Part shown: positions 1 to 11,949 of the stretch, in pieces
Position numbering within the stretch: position 1 is the stretch's first letter
Layout: each line of letters opens with the position of its first letter
Source: Massalongia carnosa
Lineage: Eukaryota
NCBI GenBank assembly: GCA_965645245.1
Contig: OZ287080.1
Span: 1,488,001 to 1,552,000, forward strand
Reading direction: 5' to 3'
DNA length: 64,000 nucleotides
Program-made: the position numbers and the translations under genes
The notes under the pieces: model-generated
Database searches by the model: none
The model's input: the letters and a program-made list of their open reading frames with translations, nothing else
What the model was told of the DNA's origin: nothing

Positions 1-343
1 TCAGAGGCCCGCATGAAGGTGGATAGCTTTCTGCTGTACTTGCCCACGTAGGACTAGAAGGGCGCTTTAACGTGTTGATAGAAAACTGTCCTTGTCGCCA
101 TGCAGGGAACAACCAGGCCGGCGGATATCTCAACCATGCTTATTCGGGTATTAGCGGACCACGGGCAACCAAGGATGTCGGGAACCCACATGACTATCCA
201 GAGAGGTACGACGCTCCAGATATTATCCACATTATTGTTGATAGATAAAACCTAGTATGCTACTCATACAACCCCCAGAGCAAGGTTAGCGGACATTTCA
301 GCACATTGGACTTCATAACCCCTACACAAACCCAGTAAGGAAA

Positions 344-1438
344 ATGGCTGAGACTTCCAAGCTGGTTTTCTGGGGACGGTTCCTCGCTCTGCGATATTGG
401 TCTTTGTCAAAGATTCTAGGTCCTAAGTGGGCAGCCTGTACAAGATTTTGGCTTGTAAAGACCCTCGCATCAGGGTATACTGCAGAAAGGTTTGTTGACC
501 TACACAAGCAATTTGATAAGTTTCGTCGGTTGATTATCGACCTAGCTTATCTTTTTTGTAGGCTCATTGGTTCGCATCGGGCTAAACTACCATTTAACCA
601 ATGATCCTGACCTAGCCCATAGGATCCTGGCCACCGGATCCCGATATACAAGAGCACCGTGGTTTGAAGCCCTTAAAATCGATCCTCAGGCTCCAAATAT
701 AGTCTCCGAAAGGGACCCAAAGAAGCACAATAGCTTACGGCATACTTTATCTACTGGGGTTAGAGGCCTGCATCAATGGAGTCTGAAGTACCCTACTAAC
801 CTATTTCACAGTACGGCAGCAAGGCTCTCCAAGGTATAGAGCATGTCATCGACGAGCGTTTGTTAGACTGGTTGGCGCGAATAGACGAGGTGTGGGTATC
901 GCAACCCAAAATCTCGAAGGTATTCGACATAGGGAGAAGGATACAGTTTCTTACAGTAGATATCATCACCCAGCTATGCCTTGGAGAAGCTTTCAGATGC
1001 GTCGAAAGCGATAGTAATCAGCATAACTTTCTGGAGACGATTTGAACCGGAATGGCACTTAGCCTCCAGTTGTCAGTCTTGCACGAATTCACAGATATAT
1101 TATTCAATCTGACCAAGATCTCATTCATGCACCGCCTGTTAGTGCCCACAGCAAAGGATAAGACAAGTGTTGGCAAAATCATGGCGGTATGTTCTCCAAA
1201 CATGACAACTATGCGCCTGACCGCTCATACGAGTGTCATTAGATCGTTCATTGAGCCGTGGATCAGCGGTTTGAACTAGACGCTGTTCCGAGAAAAAACA
1301 TGCTAGACTCTTTCCTTGAGCGGGGCGTTGCAAGAAACCAGGCAGATGCGGAACTTATTATCTCCCTATAAGCTATTACCCTCAACTTTAGAGGCCTAGC
1401 GATTCGATTCGACTCATGCTCATGAATATGCAGCATTA
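344..1438 (+). pseudogene. Cytochrome P450 pseudogene, N-terminal half only
   Basis: Spliced reading gives P450-like segments (GSLVRIG.N, NIVSERDPKKH..LR, IQFLTVDIITQLCLGEAF, MLDSFLERG...AELIISL). In-frame TGA at 1043 and 1252; two intron donors read ATAAG (516, 1368). Ends at a TA where a transposon begins; no heme-binding C-terminal motif seen. Confidence 0.8.
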
Positions 1439-3415
1439 CAGTCAGATCGGGTTATAAGAAACTGCTGATTAAGAAACCTCGGCTAGTAAGAAACTCGGAC
1501 GAAAAGACCGGTTTTTTTCTGGTGAGGAATAAGAAACCTCGCTCTATTAGAAAGTTTCTTAACTTTCTCTAAAAATTTTGCGGTGATTTCTTATAGTAAA
1601 TATGACTTCTCCTTCGACTTCTTTGAGATATAATAGTCAAAATCCGGAGACTTCATCTCGAAATCCTCGAAAACGTCCTACATCCCGGCTTTCTCTCAGA
1701 GAGAGAAGCAGAAAAAAGCGTGACGCCTTTACCGACGACCAACGACGAGCATTACGACATCGTTACCAAGATCCTGCTGTATCTGGAGATGACAAGAAAT
1801 ACGAAAAACTGGCCGTTTGGTTTGACAATCTTTATCGTCATAAAATTGACAAAGGACAAGTTTCCAAAATCCTCTCACATAAATGGGCTCAGCTGGATAC
1901 ATCTCACGCATTGCTACGCCCGAATCCGAAGAAAACTCGAACTGCACATTGGCCTGAATAAGAAACGACCTTATTTGAGTGGCAACAGCGCATGCAACGC
2001 AAAAGAGCGCCTTTGTCGGGCGATTTGTTAAGAGGAATGGCCTTGAAATTTTGGAAACGATTGCCTCTGTACCGTAATCAATCACCTTCCAGGTTCTCTA
2101 TTGGATGGCTGGATTCTTTCAAAAGAAGATACAAGATTACAAAACATAAACAACACGGCGAGCTCGGTTCCGTCAAGTGTGTGAAGGTTGAAGAAGAGCT
2201 AGAAGTAATACGGGTACAGCTATTATCATACGATCAGGAAGATATCTACAACATGAATGAAACTGCGTTATTTTGGAAGGCTACACTCAGTACTACATTG
2301 GCTACGGAACAGCTCTCAGGCGGCAAGGTGGAAAAAGCGAGAATTACTGCAAATTTCTGTTGCAATGCTACTGAAACTTACAAGCTTCTCATATGGTTCA
2401 TTGGGACGGTCAAAAATTCGCGTGCTTTTGATTCACTGGGTGTTCACGCTTGTAATCTGCATATGATATAGCGCAGTAACAGCAGAGCTTGAATGTCGAG
2501 CGATATATTTCGGGAGTATTTACACTGGTTTAATGGCAACGTATGTCGTAAGGTTGTATTGTTAATTGACAATTTTTCAGCTCATCAAAGCGGCTGGGAT
2601 ATCATAATTGCTGAAGATGGTTATTCAATGTTAGCGTTATATTTCTGTCAGTCAATGCTATCTGCTTATGCCAGCCGCTGGATCAGGGTATTATAGGCGC
2701 TTTCAAGGCTCATTACAGACAACGCTGGCTAAAATACATGGCCTTCGAATACGATGCAGATAGGGAGCCGTTAAAAATCATCAACGTACTGATGGCAATA
2801 CGTTGGTGCGTAGCCGCCTCGAATTACGGTGTTACTCGGTTAACTATCTCTAAGTGTTGGCTGAAATCTCGTGTAATCGGGGCAAAATATGGGTCAATGA
2901 CTCGAGAAGAGGCGGAGAAATATGGCTATCTCAATGAGACTCGGGCGCAAGAGCAAGAAACGGAGCAACGACTACAGATACAAGCTACAATACGGCGTTT
3001 GGAAGACCGTGATCATATACAAAGCGCCATGCGTATTGGCGAACTTCTGAACCTGGTTGAAGAGGTAGTAGAGGATACCGAAGAGGATTTGGAGGATCAC
3101 ATCGTTGCTATATATGGTGGTCATGAAAGGGAATACGAGACGGCGGAGGAGGAGGTCATTGTATCACGTGTCCAAAACAAAGACGCTCTACGAGCTCTTG
3201 AAACGTTACGGTTATATGAGGAGCAACGAGAGGTCGGCGACGATGATTTGATACGTCGTCTGAATCGTAAAGAGTGAGATATCAAGACCTCAATGGCGAT
3301 TAGCTATAGGCAAGTTGTAATGACGGATTTCTTTGCCATTAGGTAGTCGATAGGTATAGTCTTGAAAATATGCCAAGAATTTTGATATTAGAAACCTCGC
3401 TTAATAAGAAACCTA
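1439..3415 (+). mobile_element. Tigger/pogo-family DNA transposon relic (CENP-B HTH + DDE_1 transposase pseudogene, ~1602-3300); right TIR not found
   Basis: Starts TA|CAGTC with repeated TAAGAAAC subterminal motifs. Motifs AHWPE..LFEW, FSIGWLDSFKRRY, IYNMNETALFWK, LLIDNFSAH, CQPLDQGII. Stops at 1959, 2469, 2490, 3275 and a frameshift near 2620. TAAGAAAC motifs recur at ~3389-3413. Confidence 0.9.
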
Positions 3416-4421
3416 GGTGCTTACTAGGTCCGACACGACGTCTACTCTACTTCGGTCCAGAACACGCTAACCTCTCTTTCATCAGCAGTTCGTGGGTAAG
3501 TTCCCGAACATTTCCTGTCGCAGGGGCTGACTTGTACTTATCCGCCTCAACTGGTTTTTTCGAAGGGCTGCAGTGATTTTTTGGGGTGGAAAGGGGGGGG
3601 GGGCGCGCGCGCGCGCGCTCATCAAGCATAGGGTTTGACCTTTAAATATCCGGGGTTAATTTGGGGGAGATGAACTAGGTAGGCAGCATGTCTGTAATAG
3701 ATCTATTTGGGTCGATGGGTGCGATAAGGAGCAGCTACTGGTCTGGAGGAAAGGGGTTCTTGATAGTTAGGTAGTGGGTGCTTCATCTTGTTGGTCCGTT
3801 GGAACCTTTTTCTTCTTCCTGGGTTGGAAGGAAGGAGGCAGAGAGAGAGAGAGAGAGAGGACGCATGTTGGTGCAAAACCGCCCCACAATGAATTGGGGA
3901 GAGACCGGCGTGGCAAAATTAAACTTGATCGCGATGCTAGACGGCAAAATACCCGCTCATGCTTTTTGCTTGCCAGGCGGATTCAGGGTTAATATGGAGA
4001 GTGGAAATACAGAAAGCGGAGTTAGATATGCTAGAAACTCAAATTGTCGATAGTTGTACAAACAGGCCCCCCAATATCACATACATTGCCCTGCTTGGCT
4101 AAGAATGCAAATGATTCTATATAAGTGGCCAAAACCGGTTTGGTAGCAAAGCTCCCCTAAACTTTCCCCGGAAGAAACGAATAGTCCAAGGGTTATTTCG
4201 GACACTTTGAAGAGCCTGCCGCAATGTACTCGTGTCGCCCAGAAATGCTCGTTTTTTTATTGTTCGAGTTAGTGTATATAAAAACCAAGCACTTCTGGGC
4301 AACACGAGTACGTGAACATAAGCATCCGAAATAAACTTGGATTTTTTGTAAGCGAAAAAGAAACCCTCACGGTGAGAAGGCTGCATTACCTAGCTTGAAG
4401 CCATAATCAGAGAAAACCAGT

Positions 4422-4832
4422 TCATTGTGCTTTCTTGGGCGATGGCACATCCGGTTGCGGCTGCAATGGTTGTCCACCCAGTGGGAATTCAACCTGCTTA
4501 TCCACCGGCTTAGGTACTATCTCTCTGGGCGGAGGGAAGTAGTCCGGCTGCGTTGTTGGCGGGTCTATAGAGACTGCCAACGGTTCTCCCGTGGGAGACG
4601 AGTTTTCTTGAACCAGCTTGACGGCGTTTATCGTTAGGTCGGTGGCGCCGCTCCAGACCCACTGCCCGCCACTGAATATCCAATTTCCAATATTGCCCAT
4701 ACCGTCACCGATAGTCTCAACAACAGGTAGCCACCCGAGTTCTCCATCAGCAACAGGTAACGGAAGAGCGGTTGTGGGTCTCAGGCTGAAAGCAAAGGAA
4801 AAAATAATAAGCAACTTCCAGATAGCCGCCAT
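4422..4832 (-). CDS. Putative small secreted protein of unknown family (may be the first exon of a decayed gene)
   Basis: 136-aa ORF with signal-peptide-like N-terminus (MAAIWKLLIIFSFAFSLRPTTA-LP), Pro-rich tail and an upstream TATATA (~4900). Confidence 0.5.
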   Translation of the reverse strand: MAAIWKLLIIFSFAFSLRPTTALPLPVADGELGWLPVVETIGDGMGNIGNWIFSGGQWVWSGATDLTINAVKLVQENSSPTGEPLAVSIDPPTTQPDYFPPPREIVPKPVDKQVEFPLGGQPLQPQPDVPSPKKAQ

Positions 4833-7800
4833 GTCGAAAGAAGCAAATTTATTTTTGAAAGGCGGAATTTTGGCAGATCGATTATGCTAGGAAGTGATTT
4901 ATATATACCTTTAACCTAGCAGGGCGGGGGGAATGCGGCTCGATGGAGCCCGTGTCTGGACGTCGGTGCCCAAACTACGGTGTCTGTACAATATCTCCTT
5001 GCCAGTAGGAACAAAAGACCAATACACGGTGGTTTCAATGGCGTAACCGCCCGAAGATTTGGACATAGGATTCTCGAGTTATATGAGACAAACCAAGGAC
5101 ATCCGCGACTCCCGCAACCTCTGACTAAGATGGAGTGGATGGTGAAACTTCTTGATACATCTTAAAAGTACCCGAGAAAGACGGTAGCAAAGCAACACAA
5201 AAACCCCCGAGCCTCGTGTCTCTAAGCTTTGTTCTGCGGGTACGGTATTAGTTCCTCGTCAAGACACCAGCTATGGAAGCTTTTGGCAATCATAATCTTC
5301 CCCGTGCGTTTTCCAGCAGGGCCATATGCCTGGTGAGCAATTTTGTAGCAATAAATTCTTTAACCTGCAAAATCACGACTTGATCACATCTCGCTTGTTT
5401 TCGCTCACAGCTTCTCATTAATTTACTGATCGAAACAAAAGGTGAACAACATCGCTCCGAGCTAAACCCGCTAGTAAGCTGCCTTTTGGACCCTGCAGTC
5501 GGCCCTAAACGACAAAGTACTGCCTTACCCCTCCGGATGAGGCGCTTCCCGTTCAACAGGGAATCGAATACATGGAGCCTATTTTGTCTCATGAAGGAAC
5601 ATTGGATGAGAAACGTAAACCCCAGAGATCTCTCCATGACGATTTGAGCTAATTGTGTCGGAGCGTGTTGGATCAACACAATCCGTGAAGCCCATCCCTC
5701 TCCGACCCGCTGTTGAAGTCCTAGGTCAAGGGTTGCGCCTTGGATGAACTGCGTTACCCACGTGTTCGGCCTTCCCGCCCAACCTTAGAGAAAGAGATAG
5801 GAAGGATGCAATACAGGAACTCTGCTCAAATTTGGAACAAACACAGAATTAACAAATATTCAAAGTCAGAGGCAGTATATGGAATAGCTGAATAGGGTAT
5901 AAGAAAACTTACCCAATAAAAGCTAAGGTAACGAGACATTACCATCACAAGCCTCAGCAATGAACCAAGTTTCTGGTTTATGAGCACCCTCCAAATACTA
6001 TCGGAGAAACCTTGGTCATGCAGACATCAGATCATGCAGTAAGAAAGCACACCATCGTTGGAGAATATGTATGGCAATCTAGAAATCTGCGCAGTAAGAA
6101 ATATGCCCCTGATAGACGTGGAACTATACCTACTTTAGAGCAGTTATGAGTGCTCAAAAAGATATAAGCAACTAGGGGTTTGTTTGTCTTTATACATTAA
6201 TCCCTGCCACGCATCTAAGCAGAGATTACGTACGCTTCTTTAGTGATAGAGACGACATGATAGAACCCAGGACACAAGTAATATCCCGAAAGATGGAGTT
6301 TCCGTGCATTCGTCTGCACTCATAACTCCCCTTATTCCAATATCTGAATAGCGAGCTTAAGCTATAGCGTGTGTGAACAGATGACATGGTCCGAATGTCT
6401 AAAATATTAGTATAGTCCAAGTGAACGAAAAGCTTTTACGTACTCGTCCAATATAACTGCTAGGTTTATTAGGAGATAAATTGAGGAGTATACCTCGTTA
6501 AATAAACGGCCTGCGCTCGACTAAATTGTACTCCGTACTGCAGATGGGTTATCTTCATGATAGGGCCTTCTTTAAACGCAGAGCGAATTCATAGCCTGTT
6601 CAGTCTGCTCGCTGAATTATACCCGAGGCTCCATTCTAGGTTATCCTTTGAAGATAAAGCTATAGCATCCATCCATGGCTTGATGTCATAGCTCCAAGGC
6701 ACTTCGGACACTACATCGTTAGTTAGTACGTATAGGTTGTCTCGTAGATCCCCCGGTACATCTATATCTTTGCCTAGAAAACTCGCAACTATTTAACTCC
6801 ACGGGTTTATTTTTTCCCACCATTCTCAATGGTCCGAAGAGCAGAGAAAGAACATAAGTTCTACCGGCACAACAGCCAGCCCGAATAAAATTACTTAGTT
6901 GCCTACGAAACCAAACCTTCGTCGCTGGAAAGATGGGTTGTTTGTATTAACAAGCACCAAAAAAAAAGCTGCCAAATGTTGCAAACCAATTTTGCTATTC
7001 AAGGACTTGAAACTATCTCCGCTGAGGAGGAATGGATTTTGAGTAGGTGTATCGATGCCACTCTGTATGGTGTACATCGTATGAATCGCTGATATCTACT
7101 TCTATACTCTTTCGGAGCGCACAGAGTACCTGATTAATTAAATCAATTGCCCCCCCGACCCATCAGCTCCCTGACGGCAGGACCTCTGTAACTATGAAAT
7201 ATAAATTCACTTTTTAGGTAATATATACCTATAGTATAAAATGGAGTAGATAGAGGGATGGAGGTAAGTTGGTTGACAATCAATGTGGAGGCTTTTCGGA
7301 CGTAGCAGAGGTAAGCCGGGCTCATAATCTATGAAATATAAATTCACTTTGTAGGTATAGTAGCATGATTGTCATTGAAGGTATGGATTATATGTGAGCT
7401 ATCTACTCATTATATAGCAGTCACATTGGAGACCTTCCGGCGACCCCCTTTCATAGGGAGTCAGCTGGTCCAGGTCACTTCGGCCCCCGTGCTAGGGTCA
7501 CCGAAGATAGGCACTAGATGGATGCCCATGATGGTAGTCCTTACCATCTAACAGTAACTCTCTACTGACCTAGTAACCTAGCTGCCTTCGCATTTCTTGT
7601 TTGGCTAAAGTCCAATAGGTATCCATTACACAAAGGTATAACTTATCATTGATCATTGAGGAGGGAAGGCGGACGAGATATGAAATGCCGTAAAACTCTT
7701 CTTGAGCTACAACTAATAACGCCACACCATGAATAGCTAGTCATTCAAGGCGCATTAGGGCCTGTACGACTCTGTCCTTGCCTTCCGAACACGCTTGAGA

Positions 7801-8041
7801 TAATTCCGTTCCGCCTTCATCGTCATATCACCGTCCGCACCACCTCTGTTGGCGTAAAACTGCAGTGTAACTGCCGCCGTGTTCCAACGCTCAGACATAA
7901 TAGAATCGTACCCTGCCACTGTGTCATCTCATTTACACGTGATAAGGTATTCATAATTTCATAGCTTATCGTCTCCACAAAAGCTGCCTTATCTTCATCG
8001 GGCAATATCCTTCCGCAATAGTTGCGAGATTGGCGCCGGGA

Positions 8042-11000
8042 TCATATGTAGAACATCGTATCCTTAAGCTTATCGTGAATCTGAACCATGCGCACCTGGT
8101 CGACCAACTCCCCTGACCGTCCACTCGTCAAGCTCGCGGACGGCGTTGGGCCTGGGCTTGCGTCGAAGACACCACTCAGGTAGCATCTCGCCCTCTCACA
8201 TACCAAATCAGCATAATATGCTGGTGGGCAGACACTGACAGCTTTCGTCGCTCGCCCATACATATAGCACATGTTGTGAGTCAAATCTTCAAGCACATCA
8301 GCAGCATGCTGAAACGGAGGGTCGATACGCTGTTTGCTGAAGATGTCGTCGTGCACAACAAAGTAATGCGCTGGTCGAGCGGTGCCTTGAAGAGCGGTAT
8401 GAGCTTGGAGGAAAAAGTCCCAATTTCGAGGCTCGGTAATACCGCGATCGACTACGGTACCGTTCTTGGGATTAGACGAACGCTCGTCAATCGTATTTGG
8501 TGCCAAGCTTGTGGGATAGAACCTAGTATGATGGCGCTTGCCGACCACGATGATGGCCAGTTTGGGCAACCCTTTTTTTGTATCTGTCGCCGGATACATC
8601 ATGGCGCAAGTTTTTTGAAGCAGCGGTAACTCTTCGTCAAGCACTTTTGCGTACTGCCCTTCTGATACACCGTCCCGGTAGACGATTATGTTTTCTGGTA
8701 GGACCTGCTTGTTATGGGCCCTCCAAAGATGGAGACGGGATATGAGCATTTCACCAAGCTCACTCACCATCTCCTTTCGCGCTTCTTGAATTCGAAGCGT
8801 GGCTGGCCATTGTCCTAGCCATTTGTCGTAACTCGCAACCATACCAGCAACGCTAGGAGCATCGGAGGATGAGCCAGGAGAAGGATGAGTCACATCAATT
8901 CCAACTACCATCGTCTTGCCCTGACTTACAATACCCAACTTGCTAGGATCAAGAGATTGATTGGTACCGCCCTTTTTCAAATTAAACTTCAGCGCAACAT
9001 TCGCAAAGTACTGTAAATCAAACCTCTGGCCACCTTGGAGCTTTGCGAACTTGTCTCCAACAACGCAAATGGTATGTAGACCGTATACAACGTCTCCATA
9101 GTATTTGACGCGATTATAGATTTTGATGTCATTCTTTGGCAAGAGGACAAGTATTAGCTCAGGTTTCGATGGATGAACAAGTAAGCGTTTGAAGATATTG
9201 TTGAGAACCTCATCCCACTCTTCATCTTTCAGCTCGATATTGGGCCCTGGGAGAGTCGGTATATTGGCATTGACCCCATTGGCAATCAGCGCTTGATGGA
9301 ACGCCACGAGAGTATTCTTTAAAAAGTCGGCATCGTTGTTCCAAGCATCTCTATAACCTGGAATTGAGATCCGTAGCGTCGTCCACGATCTCAAAGAGGC
9401 CCCAGTTGTAAACTTGATATTTTCCATGTTCCATGAGCCATACCTAGTCGATGCTGTAGCATTCTGTCTATATCTAACACTCGGTCCGGTTAAAATGCGT
9501 CCTGGAACCGTCACCATCTTCTGGCCTACCGAAATCCCAAAAGTGGCCTGAATCTGTCAGTGCATCCCATCGAGTACTTCAGGTTACTTACTAGTGTGGG
9601 GTTTGGTGGTACAAGCCCCAAAGTTACGCAGCCAGAATCCACAATCGATCGCGCATTTTCATATGGCTTACGTACGGCAAAACGAATCATCTGCTGAGTT
9701 TGGTTGGGGCTAAGCTTCGAGTCTGCGAGCTGACCTGGTAATATGACACAAACATCTACAGGTAGATACATCGGATTCTGTTTGTTGCCAGTGTTGACGA
9801 CAGGGACGTCTGTCTTGAGTTGTCTGTTGTAATCTGCGCCGAAAATTAGTACGAACCAGTCTGGGGCGGCCGGAACTCACTTCTCCTAAAGAAATCGAAG
9901 ACGCTGATGTACTTAGCCCCTGTACTTAAACCAGCCGATTCTTTACCTTGGGCACCCTTTAAGGTCGCCCCCTTTCCTCCCTTCTTGCTAGGGGTGGGTG
10001 TATCTCTAGAACTTGCCGATTCGTCCCACCAAAATTGAACGTCCTTTGCATTTGCGCCGAAGTTTCGCACTATTGGTGGGTGCGCGAGTCCTTGGCCATC
10101 ACTCTTAGTGGCAAGACCGGTAATGGTTTTTGCGCGTTGAATCTTCACGCCTGCTCTATTTATCTTGTCAGGCATATGATTTGTTTCGATCCGAAGCTTC
10201 TTCAAAATCTTTTCAAGTTGGTATAGGTTGCTACCGTTTGCTGCCTGGTGTTTTCCAATCCAAATTCCTAATGGTATCGCTTCGAATGTAGCGACATGTT
10301 TGACCTGCACATTAAGTAACAAGCGAGCAGCAGCAGCTCGTACACTGACGAAGTAGCCTCTCCAGGCCTGGAGCCCGGCACCAAGATCAAAGCTTTGAGC
10401 GGATGCTCCACGTAGAGCAAAGTGCTTATTTGCTCCCACTGAGAAAGTGTTTGCAGATGATTTTGGGTGGTAACCAAGGATTATGTTGAGAGCTTGTATA
10501 ATATCTGCTTTGGCGGCGAATGCACTGCTCGCGTTTGTTGAGGTAAGGTAATCGATCAATTCGGATACTGTGAAGCGCCCATTCTCTTCCAGTCGAATCT
10601 TGTAGGTCTGTGCAGTTGGAGTAGGCTCATCTTCACCTTCGGATTTGTAGACAATAGATTCTTCCAAGTGCTCAGGATGAAGACCTCGATTACTAATTAA
10701 TGTGGATTTATAGTCAGAGACAATGTCTCTTCCGAGAGCAGAGATTCGCCCTTCAGTAAGTAGCTGTTGAACAATCCGTTGCCGTTTCTTACCAGCCGCC
10801 TCTGGCTGCATGTCGATACTATAGCGATAGAGCCGAAGATCGCCCTTCGGAACGAGTTGAAAATAGTTAGTCCATAAGGTCAACGGTGTACCTCTAGTCC
10901 CATATCCAGGTCGACGTGGGAGTTTTTGATCGAGACTCAGTTGTGAGAGATCGGGCAGATTTGACTTTCCATCTTTGGAAGATTTCAACGTGTCATCCTC

Positions 11001-11258
11001 GATCTTCGTGATTTTACTCTCTGGAACTGGGACAAGTTCATCTTGGTAACTAAATCCGTACGTTAGAACCAGTGGAGTCAGCTAGTTCATGTAATATAGG
11101 GAAGCTCACGCGAAAACTTCAGCAATAGTTCTACCACCCCGTCCACCGCCCCTCCCTCCCATAGGTGCACCGCCGCCGTGACCACGACCTCTGCCTCCAT
11201 CACCTCGCCCACCTCTTTCACCGAAAGAGCCACCGCGACCTCGGCCGCGTCCTGACAT
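8042..11258 (-). CDS. qde-2: Argonaute, QDE-2-like. Exons 11258-11110, 11049-9881, 9833-9592, 9547-8042; 1021 aa
   Basis: Three GT-AG introns (60, 47, 44 nt) give a continuous 3066-nt frame. RGG-rich N-terminus; RPGYGTRG..LWTNYF; PIWI motifs GIDVTHP, YRDGVSEGQ, GKRHHTRF, GTARPAHY, PPAYYADLVC, TMFYI. Confidence 0.93.
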
Positions 11259-11949
11259 TGCGAAATCTTAGTTGTTGTCGAAAAGCTAACACTACGCTCA
11301 CAGTTAAAAGGAAACGAACCAAATGAGACAAATGTTCATTTTGTTACCTTGCAAAAATAAATCTGCTGGTTTGTTCCCTGGAATGCGGGGTAGTGAGATG
11401 GTCAAGTAGTATGTACAGAGTAAGTCACAGCTGGCTTCCATTCGAGAACATTTGAACTTGAAAGGAAGAGTTAGATGACAATCAACAAACAATCCCCAAT
11501 ACGCTCTGGTAATGACGCGTTTATAACGTGGATGGGCAGGCGCGATGTCAATATGGAAGGAACAATTAAATAAACCATCGTCGCCACATAGTCATGCTAT
11601 TGAGTAGGTGAATGACCAATGTCTACCCAATTCACTAATCTTCGCTAGAACTAAGTTTTCCATACCTACATACATAGGAATGGAACTATTCAAAACGGCA
11701 AATTACTGAGATGACCCCCAAATAACCCCCCCATCTTGCCTGGGGGTTATTTGGGGTCCAATTACCGTAAAATACACGTAATTTTGCTTCTGGCGCTGTC
11801 ACGATGACCCCCAAGAACTGTATTGAAAGAGGCCATTTGAGGTCATTTGGAATATTGCGACCGCACGATTAAATGACAAGCACGAGGAAAAGCGACTAGA
11901 TACCTATACAAAAATATACGGAAACATCACAATACAATATCATGAACTA

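Noticed and set aside
5280..6900. Possible decayed multi-exon gene on the minus strand
   Set aside because: Splice-like signals exist, but no consistent frame or recognisable family could be built.
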